From positions 313,658,001 through 313,722,000 of the forward strand of contig OZ024742.1 in assembly GCA_964016885.1 (NCBI GenBank): a DNA stretch of 64,000 nucleotides, read 5' to 3'. A program made the translations under genes and the position numbers. The DNA is from Eledone cirrhosa. Taxonomy: Eukaryota. The notes under the pieces are model-generated. The model worked only from the letters and a program-made list of their open reading frames with translations, was not told where the DNA came from and did no database searches. Shown here piece after piece: positions 1 to 13,291 of this stretch; the first letter of the stretch is position 1; every line of letters starts with the position of its first letter.

Positions 1-620
1 AGTGTGTGACCTTGAGTCATAAATGAATTAGTGTGTGGCATTGGGTCTTAAATTAATTAGTTTGTGACCTTGGGTTTTAGTTAGTTGGGGATCTTAAGTT
101 GATTAGTGTGTGACCTTCAGTTTTACTCAGTGTGTGACAATGAGTCTTATTTAATTAGTGACTTTGAATCCTTGTTAATGTGTGATGTTCTGACTTGGTT
201 AGTGAGGGATTTAAAGTTGATTAGTGTGTGACCTGGATTCTTGGTTAGCATACAAATTTGAATCTTGATTAATGTATGACCTTGGCTCTGAAATTAATTC
301 ATGAGACCTTAGGGTCTTGAATAGTGTGTGACCTTGAGTCTTGATAAATGTGTGACCTTTAGCCTAATGAATATAGGATCTTAAGTTTTGGTTACTGTGT
401 GACCTTGTGTATTGGTTAGTTGGTTATACTAAGCTGATTAGTGTGTAACCTTGAGATTTGATTCCTGTCTGACTTTGTACCTTGAGTAGTGAGTGGTCTT
501 GAATCTTGGTTAAAATGTGGATTTGATCTATGGTTAGTGTGTGACTCTAAGTTTTGGTTTGTGTATTACCTTGAGTCTTGGTTAGTGAGTGACCTTGAAA
601 AGTGGGTGATTTTGAATGTT
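1..620. repeat. Degenerate ~24-30 bp minisatellite (core TTAGTGTGTGACCTTGAGTCTTGG)
   Basis: Many imperfect recurrences of ttagtgtgtgacctt; runs off the window start. Confidence 0.75.
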
Positions 621-950
621 CAGTTGTGGGTGACCTCTAGTGTGGAATAATTAGTATTCTTTAGTGTTTTGCAGAAGTGACCTTTAGTATAATGTAAAAC
701 AACCTTCAATATTTGAGTAATGAGTAACTGAGTATTAAGTAGTTGATTCATTTCAGTAATGTGTTAGGATATAGTGACTTAGTGTGTTGTGTAGTGTATG
801 AGTTTGAGCACTGAATAACAAGTGACCTTGGATTTGGCATCGTGAATGACCTCAATTGAAGGGTGGTTGCATTTGTTTGCCAAGTAAAATTTTATTCTTT
901 ATTTTAATACTATTTCATATTCAATACCTAGTATTGATTAATCTTTAGGG

Positions 951-1190
951 TTAACTCTTTAGCATTTACATTACTCTATATAAACTATTGTATTTTCACG
1001 GTAATGACTTTATCTCACATAATATCTCACATAATATCTCACATAATATCGAATCTATGAGATTTTGATATTATTTATTTTGAGAACAATACCTTAACAT
1101 AATTAGGAATTGCCAGTCACAGCTGATATGAACAGAAAAAGGTGAGAGAATGCTGGCCAGATACAGTCGGTTTAATTGCTAAAGGGTTTA
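951..1190 (+). mobile_element. piggyBac-like MITE (TTAA-CCCTTTAGCATTT family)
   Basis: ttaactctttagcattt ... attgctaaagggttta ends; body matches copies at 2457, 17265 and 40520. Confidence 0.75.
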
Positions 1191-1638
1191 TTTACTATTT
1201 GTTGAGTCCACAGTTCTATACATTGAGTGATTAGTAATTTTACAACATTTGACTACTGGCTGGTATTTGAAGTTGAATGTCAAGAGTTTTGACTGCATTG
1301 TGCTGAGTTTTATTTTACCTACTGTGTTGTGTATTTTACCTTGACTGTCTTAAATATTGAAAATGGTGAAAAGTTGCCCTTGTGAGTTATATTTAAGAGC
1401 AATGTAGAGTTTGACCTTGACAGTTATATTTGAGAGCAATGTAGTGTTTGACCTTTTAAGCTGAATGACAATTAGGTTTTGAGTACAGTGTGACATTTTA
1501 CCTTGAGTGTCACCAGTTAATTAATTTTTCGAAATATTTGTGACTTCGTGATTTGCATGAAAATAAAATTTGAGGTCTATGTGTTGTTTGATCTAATGAG
1601 ATGTGATATTTGACCTTGAAGTGCTAACTTTGAACTTA

Positions 1639-2052
1639 CTTTCAGGTCCCAAATAATAGGGGGTGGTTGGCATAAATGTGTGCGTGTGTGTGTGGGGGGG
1701 GGGGGGGGGGGGGGGGCGTCTGTAATTTTCTAGGTTATCTCCATTGGTTTTTTAAAAAATCAGATTTAGTCGTTTAGTTTACATATTGAGACCCTAACCC
1801 ATCCTATTTATTTTATAATGTATGGGATTTCTACTAATGTACTCTTTTGTCATGTACGATGATTTTAATGTATAAAGAAAATTAATTGTCACAGGAATCC
1901 TACCACTTAAAATAATATAGAGTAACAAAATTTAATAAGTGAAGTGGGTGGGTTTTTGGGTGTTGGTGGGGATGTAATAAGAACAGAGGAGGGGAATCTA
2001 TAAAATTAATAAGCCGGGAAAGCAAGGAGGGCGAATATTTGAGACCTGAGAG
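1639..2052. mobile_element. MITE with ~17-bp TIRs and TA flanks (Tc1/mariner-pogo type)
   Basis: ta|ctttcaggtcccaaata ... tatttgagacctgagag|ta. Confidence 0.7.
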
Positions 2053-2456
2053 TAAGTATTGTTTAGGTGTTCTCTGACATAGTGGTGCTAGCTAAGACAT
2101 TTGACTATCAATGCCCAGCAACGTTTATTTTTCAGTGTTTGACTTGATTTGGCCTTCAATGTTCTTTAGGCTTTGGAAATTAATCCTTCTGTAGAAGTAT
2201 GGACCACAGTTGCCTATTGATGAAGCAAAAATATGTGGGACAAACATGTATTTGTTAACAACCTCTCGTCATTCTGAAAGAGTTTGAATTTAACACTTTT
2301 ATTACCATATTTTTAATGAAAGACACTGCCTATGATTTTTAATTATTTTGAAAATAATTAACAATTTATAAAAGGAATTTAGTGAAGTAACAATTCCTCA
2401 TGATTAAGCTGGTGTTTGACTTAAAGATTCTTACATAAAATTTCAGTGGAAGCCTT

Positions 2457-2683
2457 TTAACCCTTTAGCATTTAAACCGGCCATATCCGACTAGAATTCT
2501 CTCACCTCTTTCTGTTCAAACCAGCCATAACTGGTTATTTATACTTGTTAAGGTATTGTTCTCAAAATAAATAATATCAAAATCTCATAGATTCGATATT
2601 ATGTGAGATAATTATGTGAAATAAAGTGTTAACTGTGAAAATATAATAGTATATATAGAGTAATATAAATGCTAAAAGGTTAA
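2457..2683 (-). mobile_element. piggyBac-like MITE, inverted copy, nested in an older TTAA-type repeat (~2289-2760)
   Basis: ttaa|ccctttagcattt ... aaatgctaaaagg|ttaa; the flanks resemble those of the 17265 copy. Confidence 0.8.
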
Positions 2684-2844
2684 ATAAATATAGCCACTTG
2701 GAAAAAAAAAATTCCTGTCATAAAACCTGAGGTGGATTCAGGTGGTTTGGTTATTAAGAGTACAATGGATCACTTACTAAGTTGGGTAGAAAAAACTACA
2801 ACAGCGTAATAACAAATACAGAATAGCAACTAGCATATTAAGGC

Positions 2845-5547
2845 CATCACCATCTTCATCTTCGTTGAACGTCCATTTTCCACGCTAGCATGGGTTAGAC
2901 GGGAGTTGTCCCACTTGAGGCAAGGCTGGTCGGGTGACCATGTCTCACTCATATAGGACTATCTGGCAGGTTTTCTACGGCTGGATGCCCTTCCTAACAC
3001 CAACCACATTTACAGTGTGGAACTGGGAACTTTTTACCGTGTTACCTACACGGCCACATTACAGTGTGGACTGTGTGTGTTTTTTGTCGCGACACCTACA
3101 CAATCTCGATCTCATTTTCTCGTGCTGTTGGTGGGAGTGGGAGGATAGGGTAGGGGTAGTGGATTGGGGTGTATATTAGGTTAAGAGGTGCCTACTGACT
3201 GTAGGTTTCACTTTGTACATAGGCAAGGCGGGTTTTCTGTATTACTGCGTAGCGCCAAAGATCTCGGTCCAGAGACATTGTCTTAGAGAGATGTAAGTGT
3301 GTGAGGTCGGAATTTATCGGATCGTCCCAGGTTTTTCTGGGTCTACCTACTCCGTAACTACCATCAGTTTTGATCGTCCTGCACTTTTTTATGCAGCTGT
3401 CGTCTTTCATGCGCATCACGTGACCATACCAACGTAGTCTTCTCTCAAGTAAACATCATCTGATCCCTCTTATTCCTAATTTCTCACTTAGTTCATTTAT
3501 ACTTTGCCGTTCACGTATATTACTATTACACATCCAGCGGAGCATGCATGCTTCGTTCCTTTCCAGTCTACGCAGGTCCTCTGCACGTAATGCCCATGTC
3601 TCATTGCCATGTAGCATTGCTGTTCGTATGCAGGCATCATACAATCTGCCTTTCATTTTTAGAGAGAAACCTTTTGTGGCCAACAGCGGTATAAGCTCTC
3701 TGAACTTTTTCCATCCCATTCTGACTCTGGCTACTGTACTTTCAGAACACCCTCCACCACTGCTGATTTCGTCACCCAGGTAATGGAAAGTGTGTACTAT
3801 TTCTATAGAACCATCTGGGCAATAGAAGGAGCTAGTATCCTTTGGACACTTGCTACTTATTGGCCACATATAAAGTCTACGTTCTTAGATAGTTTACCTG
3901 TGATCCTACTACATCTTTTATGTACCCATACTTTGCATTTGGGACATAAAATGGAATTTCTGCCCACTCCTTTCCTACACACTGAGCATGGCCATTTCCC
4001 TGAGGGCAGCTGTGCCCTATTTTCCTTTCTACAAACTAGAACTTTAGTCTTAGACAAGTTAACTTTAAGGCTTTTTGATTCTAGGCCATGCTTCCATGTT
4101 TCGAATTTCTTCTCTAGTTCAGCCATTGATTCAGCTATGAGCGTTAGATCATCTGCGTATAGGAGTTCCCATGGGCAGCCGGTCTTGAACTCCTCTGTTA
4201 TAGCCTGAAGGGCAATAATAAATAAGAGGGGGCTAAGGACAGAGCCTTGATGAACGCCAACTTTTACACTAAATTCTTCACAATATTCATTGTTAATTCT
4301 AACCTTACTGACTGTTTCATTATACATAGCTTGTATAACTCTCACAAGGCATTCATCTACACCTAGTTTTCTAAGAGCCCACCAGATAATGGAGCGGGGG
4401 GACTGTCAAAAGCTTTCTCCAGGTCTACAAAAGCTAAGTAGAGGGGTTTACTTTTAGCTAGGTACTTCTCTTGTAGTTGTCGTACAAGGAAAAAAGCGTC
4501 TGTGGTACTTTTACCTGACACAAACCCAAACTGCATTTCATCTAGATCAATTTGCTCTTTGATTAGTTGCGCTATAACTCTTTCTGTGACCTTCATGACC
4601 TGGTCAACTAACTTAATGCTTCTATAGTTTCCCCTATCTAGAGCATCCCCTTTACCCTTGTAGCAGTTAATGATGATGCTGCTATGCCAGTCTTTCGGTA
4701 TGACCCCATTCTGTATTACTTGGTTAACTATACGGGTGACCATAGTGTGTCCCACCATACCAGATGCCTTCAACATCTCAGCAACTATCTCCGAAGGCCC
4801 AGCTGCCTTGTCTGTCTTCGTATCTTTGATTGCCTTACTTATTATACTACCTTTAACTTGCACCGCTGGTCCTTCTATTGGATCGATTTGGGGCAGACTA
4901 TCTTTTTCCCATTTATTCTCCTCATTTAATAGTCTCTTGTAGTGACACTTCCAGGCTATCTTCTTATCAGTGAGCGCAAGTACACCATTATCATTACGGA
5001 CACACTTCTCCCCGACAATATCACGGTTTTCCTTGACACATTGTCTAGCAATCCTGAACACCTCACGTTTTTGATCCTCACGTTGTAGAACATGCTTGAA
5101 CTTTCTATCCTCTGCTACCCTTTTTGCAAGGTACACTTGTCTCCTAGCTTCTCCCCAGGCCACTTGATAGTGCTCTCTACTTCCCCCATCCTGCCATACT
5201 TTCCAAGCCTGGTTTTTGGCCTTGATTGTCTCTTCCACCTTACTGTTCCACCACCAAGTTACTCTCCTCCTGCCACTAGGTCTGCTCCAGCCACAGATTT
5301 CATCCGTTGCTTTCAGGAGGTTCACTTTCAAGAATTGCCACTGTTTCTCTATATTACACGTCTCTAATTGCTTTTCCTTATTGTCAAAGGCATCAAGTAA
5401 TAAGCTTTTAAATTTGTCACTGGCTATGGGTTCCTTCAACTTCCATATTCTTCTCCTCAAGGTAGGCCTCCTCTGTCGTTGAGTACGTCTATTCCTGACT
5501 ATGAGATCACTAACTACTAGGCTATGTTGGGAGGTACATTCATCGTC
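2845..5547 (-). mobile_element. RTE-clade LINE, 5'-truncated and decayed
   Basis: (GAT)n-like tail at ~2845 and 3'UTR shared with other copies; ORF pieces contain the APE C-terminus (SQHSLVVSDL) and RT motifs QFGF, FVDLEKAFD, GVHQGSVLSP, YADD. Confidence 0.95.
3192..5547 (-). pseudogene. RTE endonuclease/RT polyprotein remnant with PHD-like insert, split by frameshifts
   Basis: ORFs 4363-5598, 3857-4345, 3456-3869 and 3192-3419 are collinear pieces of one RT protein. Confidence 0.92.
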
Positions 5548-5977
5548 TTTGCTAAAACAAGTGTTAGCTTTGTGGCCTTCATGACAGGTTTCATACACAT
5601 CATGGGTGCATTTTGTGACAATGATTTATGGTTGGATGCCCTTCCTGACACCAACCCTTTTAGTCACCAAGCCCCTTTTTTTTTTATTATGCTAATATTG
5701 CTATTATTCCTTATCAATAACATTATAAAATATATGATGGCATTATCAAAAAAAATATAACATTGTAAAAAATATCATAGGTTTATAAAAAAATATAATA
5801 GCGTGATAAATAAATATGATAACATGATAGAAAAATATAACATGATAAAGAATAAGATGATAAAAAATTTAATAGCACGATAAAAAGTTATCAAAAAGTT
5901 TTAAGTGTATTTATGGGTGTGCATGTGTAAATATTTCATCATTTCATTATCATTTTACGTCCACTCTCCATGCTGGT

Positions 5978-6008
<31 letters not shown>

Positions 6009-6058
6009 AGATATAGGTGTATATATGAGATATAAGTGTATATATATATGATATAAGT

Positions 6059-6261
6059 CATCATCATCATCATCATCGTTTAACGTCCGTGTTCCACGCT
6101 TGCATGGGTTTGGACGGGAGTTTTCCCACTTGAGGCAAGAGTGGTTGTCTTGCTCGCATAGGACTGTCTGGCGGGTTTTCTACAGTTGGATGCCCTTCCT
6201 AACACCAACCACATTTACAGTGTGGGGCTGGGAGGTTTTTACCGTGTTGCCTACACGGCCA
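6059..6261 (-). mobile_element. RTE 3'-end fragment
   Basis: (CAT)n followed by gtttaacgtccgtgttccacgcttgcatggg, matching other RTE 3' ends. Confidence 0.9.
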
Positions 6262-6519
6262 AAGCTCAAGCCGTTTCGACGGCTATTTCTGTAGTATATA
6301 TATATGATATAAGTGTATATATATATGATATAAGTGTATATATATATGATATAAGTGTATATATATATGATATATGTGTATATATATATGATATATGTGT
6401 ATGTATATGATATATATGTATGTATATGATATATGTGTATGTATATGATATATGTGTATGTATATGATATATGTGTGTATATATATATAATATATGTGTG
6501 TATATATATATATATATAT

Positions 6520-6635
6520 AGGAAAATGTTTAATCCCGACGGCAGAGCTCAAGCCGTTTCGACGGCTATTTCTGGACTACAGAAAAAGCCGTCGAAACGG
6601 CTTGAGCTCTGCCGTCAGGGTTAAACATTTCCCTA
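6520..6635. repeat. ~115-bp palindrome; single arms recur at ~6262-6291 and ~10698-10768
   Basis: gacggcagagctcaagccgtttcgacggct-atttctggactacagaaaa-agccgtcgaaacggcttgagctctgccgtc. Confidence 0.85.
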
Positions 6636-7612
6636 TTACCCACTCCACGAGCCTAAGTATTGAGTACTCTGGTGCGTATGGTCCATCTGGTTCCTTACCA
6701 CACTTCCTTCATTATATATATATATATATATATCTTCAAGAAACCACTGGTAAAGGAAATAATTATCTTATGTTGTTTATTACATAACTATATATATATA
6801 TATATATGTGCTTATACATATGTAAAGACATTGGTATAGGAAGTGACATATACCAGTACAGCTAATATGAAGAGACAATTGAAAATATAATGAAGCCTTA
6901 TATTTACGAAATGCATTATATCAGCACACACATAACAGCACCAATAATAGACTTGGACTCTCCACTTCGGCCCTCACAATCACATGCCAGACTACTTGCC
7001 TGTCCACCTTATCCATTCTGATAAAACCTTTTATTCTCTTTCATTTTTTCTGTCTCCTCAATCTTCCAATCTCTTCATTACTCTTTGCTTATGAAGTACT
7101 AAATGTGGATACATTTATTTTCCTTTTCCATTAAGCATGAAACTAATAAGGCTTTGTGTTATATCGCTGTGATTGTCTTATTTAACTTGAACTATGTATG
7201 TGTGTGTATGTAAATATATATATATATCAGGGGCGAAGGGTACGTGCATGCCTTATAGAATCTTGAGTTGATCAATTGCGTCGGTTGAAGCAAGCAGAAT
7301 TTTGGCTGCTTACTAAAACGTATAGACACAAAAAAACATAACACACATACACACACATACATACAAACACATACACACAAACATACGACAGCTTTGGGGC
7401 AAGCAGAATTTTGACTGCTTACTAAATCGTAGACACATAAAAAGATAACACACACACACACACACACTAGATAACACTACATGCGGCTTTGACCGGGAGG
7501 GTCATTTAGAGGGAATTGGGGGAGGGGTAAGGCTGCACAGCCCCACTCTCCACCATGGCGATTGGACTGCATGCCATGCTTTCCAGGTTACCCTTTGCCA
7601 CTGATATATATA

Positions 7613-8283
7613 TCATCATCATCATCAACGTTTAACGTCCGTGTTCTACGCTTGCATGGGTTTGGACGGGGGTTTTCCCACTTGAGGCAAGAGTGATTGC
7701 TTGCTCGCATAGGACTGTCTGGCAGGTTTTCTACAGTTGGATGCCCTTCCTAACACCAACCACATTTACAGTGTGGGGCTGGGAGGTTTTTACCGTGTTG
7801 CCTACACGGCCACATTACAGCGTGTGTTTTTTTTGTTGTGACACCTACACGATCTCATTTGTTTCGGCCTGGATGGTGTGGCACCAACATAACTTTACAT
7901 AGAACGGGGTGGCGTGGATGGGGTGGGGGTGGTGGGACGGGGGTGTATTTGTTAGAGATGCCTACTGACTGTAGTAGGTTTTACCATGTATTTAGGTAAG
8001 GCGGGTCTTCTCTATTACTGAGTACCGCCAAAGGTCTCGGTCCAATGACATTGTCTTGGAGAGGTGTAAGTGTGTGAGGTCGGAGTTTATCAGCTCGTCC
8101 CAGGTTTTTCTAGGTCTGCCTATTCCGTGGCTACCGTCTATCTCTATTGCCCTGCATTTTGTTATACAGCTATCGACTTTCATGCGCATCACGTGTCCAT
8201 ACCAACGTAGCCTTCTCTCGAGTAAACAACATCTGATCCTTCTTATTTCTAATTTTTTCCTTAGTTCGTTTATGCTTTGCCGT
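7613..8283 (-). mobile_element. RTE 3' fragment (RT C-terminal region plus 3'UTR)
   Basis: Encodes RLRWYGHVMRM and GRPRKTW; has (CAT)n tail. Confidence 0.93.
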
Positions 8284-8934
8284 TTATATATATATATCTA
8301 TACACACATATATACGCATGTATATACATATATATATATACATACAGACACACACACACACACACACACATATTTATATAAATAGTAATAATAATAAATG
8401 TAAAGACTAAAATCCAAAGAGGGCTCGATAAGGATAAATATATATCAAATATATAAGAACCCTAGAGCAAATATTTATTAAAATAACAGATTCAAATTTA
8501 AGCAAAGAATTGCTGCTTTCACCCTTAACGGGATCTTCTGAAACTGTTATTTTAATAAATATATATATATTTATATGTCCTAACACCCCACACTTCAGAT
8601 AATTTCCCCATTTTACCCTAGAGTTACCACTCCAATCTCCACACACCTCCCCCCACTGCAACCTCCAGTCCACACAGTCAAGTGGTCGTTTTGGTGCCAT
8701 GACAAAAAGCGCCGAGTCCTCACTGTAAAGCGGTCACGTTCAAACTTTTATTATTTCAAAGGCAAATGAGGAATGGTAAAAAGCTTAACCGTTGGGCAAA
8801 AAATCCCACAATATATTCTCTCTACCTTTCATAAGTAGAGAATACTAAATTGAATAATGGTCTTACTGGCTTTAAAAAGAAACATTTCCTCTTCTTACAC
8901 TTATCCATCTTGCCATTTCTTTTTTTATCTTTCA

Positions 8935-9010
8935 TTCTATTTTCTGATGAAGGACTAGTGTCTGAAATGTAAAGATTCTTTTCCTATTATATCAAGCGTT
9001 AAACTAATAT
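8935..9010 (+). ncRNA. Degenerate hammerhead-like motif (second family, Penelope pLTR-like)
   Basis: CTGATGA-A-GGAC-tagt-GTCT-GAAATGT...GCGTT; restoring two CpGs gives GGAC/GTCC-GAAACGT; stem I is weak. Confidence 0.4.
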
Positions 9011-9116
9011 ATAACTTCATTGTACTGTATCGTTTTCCTGTGTTCTTGACTCATTTACTGTATATGTATGTATGTGTATGTATGTGTGTATATGTACATA
9101 TATATATGTGTGTGTG

Positions 9117-9147
<31 letters not shown>

Positions 9148-9266
9148 GTATATGTATGTATATATATATATTTATGTGTGTGTGTGTGTATATATGTGTG
9201 TGTGAGTGTGTGTGTATATATATACAATATATTAACAAATGGAAACTATATTTATAAAACCATATT

Positions 9267-9331
9267 TATTTCATTATACATATTTCAAGGACACCAAAGC
9301 AAATTATGGTGCGCTTTCATCAGATAAAATA
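9267..9331 (-). ncRNA. Minimal type I hammerhead ribozyme motif
   Basis: Minus strand TATTTTAT-CTGATGA-AAGCGCACCA/TGGTGTCCTT-GAAATATGTATA-ATGAAATA. Confidence 0.75.
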
Positions 9332-9572
9332 TAATATAGATCAGTTTTATAAACAAATATTGACATACCCTTAAAGAATGCGACCATGTCTGTTGGAAGC
9401 TCCTGGATATGTATATATATATGGGACTGTATGGAAGGGAGAGTGCAGGCTCCCGGGCTGTCTGGTATATTAATAGAACCGCTTCATTATCACTTGATTC
9501 TGTGAAAACCCACCCAACCCTTGCTAGTAGGGAGGGCAGACATTAAATGATGATGATGATGATGATTATATA

Positions 9573-9808
9573 TCATCATCATCATCGTTTAACATCTATC
9601 TTCCATGGATTAGATAGGTTTGTCCCATTTAGAGGCAATTGGGGTCGGGTGACCATGTCTCGCTGATACAGGACTGTTTCTGACAGGTTTTCTACAGCTG
9701 GATGTCCTTCCTAATGCCAACCACACTTACAGTGTGTGCTGGGTGCTTTTTGTCATGACACTTACATGGCCACTTTACAGTGTGGGCTGGATGTTTTGTG
9801 GTTCCAAC

Positions 9809-9810
<2 letters not shown>
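9573..9810 (-). mobile_element. Older RTE-type 3' end remnant
   Basis: (CAT)n, gtttaacatc and ggatgtccttcctaatgccaaccac motifs. Confidence 0.75.
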
Positions 9811-9859
<49 letters not shown>

Positions 9860-9971
9860 TGATAATGATGATATATATATATATTTGTGTTGTGTATATA
9901 CATATATCATCATCATCACCACTGTTTTATGTCTATTTTTCCACGCTAGCATTCGTTAGATGAGATATACC

Positions 9972-10048
9972 CAGGGTGTCCCTCAAAAATGTATACACAC
10001 ATCACCAGCATTCTAATAAATATGTGTATAATTTTTTGGGACACCTTG
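9972..10048. mobile_element. ~77-bp Tc1/mariner-type MITE (second copy ~10810-10886)
   Basis: cagggtgtccc ... gggacaccttg TIRs; both copies share internal cagcattctaataaat. Confidence 0.7.
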
Positions 10049-10185
10049 TATATACATATATATGTAAATAAATCACAATACACAAAATTGTGTAAATGTA
10101 TGCTGTTTCACTTTGGAGCTTCAGTAGCATTACTTGTAACTCCCTACTCAAACCTACCTAACTGTTCCTATCTTTTACACACCAT

Positions 10186-10342
10186 TGGCAGTATCGGTAG
10201 AGGGTTGGACACCATGCTTTCTAGCATAGTTACGTCCCTTTACGGTCTGAGTTCAAATCCCGTCGAGGTTAACTTTGCCTTTGATCCTTACGGGGTCTAT
10301 AAAATAAAGTACCAGTAATGTACTGGTTAATTGCTGGCCTTG
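10186..10342 (+). mobile_element. tRNA-derived SINE with Meta-like domain
   Basis: A box tggcagtatcggtagag, B box gagttcaaatcc, central gcctttgatccttacggggtctataaaataaagtaccag. Confidence 0.85.
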
Positions 10343-10641
10343 TGCCAATAGCAGAAACAATTATTGAAGACTAATTGTTAGAATGGTGATGGTGATGGTG
10401 GTAGTGGTGATGGCAGTGGTTGTGGTGGTGATGATGGCAGTGGGTGTTGTGGTGGAGGTAGTGGTGGTGATGATGGTAATGGAGGTAGTGGTGATGGTGG
10501 TGGCAGTGGTGTGATGGTGGTGGTGGTAGACAGTTACATAGCAGTAGTTATCTCCACTCCATCTAATTTGTGCTCTTCTTATATGTTCTGCATATCTCTC
10601 TCTCTCTCTCCATCTCTCTGTCTCTCCCCCCTCTCTCTTTC

Positions 10642-10699
<58 letters not shown>

Positions 10700-10765
10700 A
10701 AATTGTACAAGACTCCGACAGCAGAGCTCAAGCCATTTCGACAACTATTTCTGGACTCTCTTCGT

Positions 10766-10809
<44 letters not shown>

Positions 10810-11043
10810 GAGGGTGTCCCCCCAAAATATATACATACTTCAACAGCATTCTAATAAATGTGTATACATATTTGGGAGACAACCTATATATATATTATGT
10901 TATTTATTTATGTTCATACCCGGAACAAAAGCGCTACCTAAGGTTTCAAGGCCCATTTATTCATTTATATATTTATATATATATATATATATACCCATGC
11001 TAGCGTGGAAAGTGGACGTTAAACGAGGATGATGATGATGATG

Positions 11044-11076
<33 letters not shown>

Positions 11077-11468
11077 TAAATGCACACTTTATTAACATGT
11101 GTATATACATATATATATACATATATATGTATGTTTTTATGTGTATGCATGTATATGTAAGTGTGTATATAATATATAAATATGTGTGTGTATGTGTTTG
11201 TACAGATATAAAAGTATGTGTATATATGCAGGTATATTGATTAGTAGCATAGGCACATGGCTTCTAATATTTTTGGTGAATATATTCAGTTATAAAGGTA
11301 ATCGATTGATGCATACATATACATGTATGTACTCACACCTACGTGCATGCATGCACGCACACACACACACACACTTATATATACATACATACAGACGTAT
11401 ACATTCATAAATATATATTTACATATATAGGTATACATACACAAAGTATATACATGCATATATATATA

Positions 11469-12711
11469 CAGGGTGCGGACGATATTTGTCTAGGAAAAAA
11501 TAACACAGTAGATTTATTTTTCAAGATATAAATATCAAACTTGGGTCAGTTTGTTTTCATGACTTGTTCTTTCGATCTCACTCGATAAACCCGCCATTGG
11601 CTTTGATGACGGCCTCAAGGCAGCCTCAGAACCGGCTACAGGCCTTCGTCACTGTCCCCCGACTTAAAGGCACTTGTGATCCTGGCCTTCAGATCGTCTT
11701 TCGTATTGCAGCTAGATCTGTTGGTGTCTCGTTCCACTGCGCCACATACAAAGAAGTCGAGGGGGTTGCAGTCAGGCGAGCTGGGAGGCCAGATGTCAGG
11801 TGAAGTGTGGTTGACGAAGTACTCTGACAGCCAGGCTTGGGTCTTTTGGCTGGTATGGCAGGGCGCTGAGTCTTGCTGCCACACGTACGGCCTACCTGCA
11901 GCTACCTGGTCGATCTAGGGCTTTACTACCTCGCTCAGAACGCAGATGTAGCCATTGGTGTTCAGCTTGAGGCCCTCAGGGAAGAAGTGAGGTAGCATGA
12001 CGTTACCTTGACTGCTAACGACACCTATAACCAATGTTGTCGTTGGAAACTTTGTCTGCATGACTCTGGGCACGTCTTTGGATGAGACAGTGAGCCACCT
12101 GTTGTTCTGGGAGTTGATCTTCTGGTCTTGGCAGAAGTTTTTCTCGTCGGGGAAAAATCACAGCATGTCTGGCTCCAGTGGGTGTTTCAACTTGTTGATC
12201 ACTCGCTTTTCTTGCATCGCCTTTGACAGAAATTGTCCTTTCCTCATCTTGTATGAAACGTAGCGAATGTCTTCATGTACCACCAGCCTAATGAGCTTTT
12301 CATCCACGCCTTTCTCCCTTGCAATGGTACGCATCGACTTGCTAGGTTCATTGTTGATGATATCCTGAACTTCAGCGACGAACTCAGGCGTTCTGAAGGC
12401 GTCAGATCGTCGATCATGTGTTTTCTTCTCTGATGTTGCTTCGTAGTTGAATCCTGAGCTTTTCCACCATTCTCCTGCTGATGCTGAGAAAGTCTGAAAT
12501 TTCCTTATTTGTCGTCCCGGCGCGGATTGCAAGAAGAACTCTGTGTCTCTTCCACAAATTTGGAGGTTCAAAATTATTCATAATCAATTATTCTGAAAAT
12601 AAATAATGGAAATGTAGTCACTGTTTTTATGAAGACAAGAGTGACAACGGAAGTAAAAAAAATTTGCATAAAATTAGCAGTTGAAAATTGCGAACAAATA
12701 TCGTCCACACC

Positions 12712-12714
<3 letters not shown>
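11469..12714 (-). mobile_element. Tc1/mariner DD37D (maT-type) transposon, both TIRs present, transposase disrupted
   Basis: TIRs cagggtgcggacgatatttgt / acaaatatcgtccacaccctg with TA flanks; motifs DEKNF, QQDSAPCH, WPPSSPDCNPLD, with 37 residues between the last two Asp. Confidence 0.93.
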
Positions 12715-12759
<45 letters not shown>

Positions 12760-12799
12760 ATAATATTAATAAATGGAAGCTATCTTTATAAAACATATT

Positions 12800-12861
12800 T
12801 ATTTTATTATATATATTTCAAGGGTACCTAAATTTTTGGTATGCACTCATCAGATAAAATA
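12800..12861 (-). ncRNA. Minimal type I hammerhead motif (decayed stem II)
   Basis: Minus strand TATTTTAT-CTGATGA-...-GAAATATATATA-ATAAAATA. Confidence 0.65.
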
Positions 12862-13259
12862 TAAAAGTTGGTTTACAAATAGTATATATATATATATAAT
12901 ATATATATACACACACTTGCATACATACTTTTGTATTTCATCATTTTTCATTTTGTTTATGTTCACAACAGCTGGGAGGTCCCCTTGGTACAACTGTTTC
13001 CATTGTAACAACACACAACCCTTTCCCCCCTTCCCCATCCTTCTTACCACTGATTCTTGCTCTCTTCTTCACTGCTTTAAAACTACAATGGCAGCAACAA
13101 CAATTATAAACTTGAATTTCACAACCACCACCACATTCACTACAGATTCACATGTCACAACAACAAACTCACATAACAATTCCATCACCATCATCAACAA
13201 CAACCGCAAATACACACATTATGAAAATTCTTCACACATTACAGCATTAATAAACTCAC

Positions 13260-13260
13260 T

Positions 13261-13291
<31 letters not shown>

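Noticed and set aside
1693-1717. Long poly-G tract (G-quadruplex candidate)
   Set aside because: A homopolymer inside a MITE; length unreliable and no functional context.
10186-10270. tRNA gene
   Set aside because: The A and B boxes belong to a SINE head; no complete cloverleaf, and the same applies to the other SINE copies.
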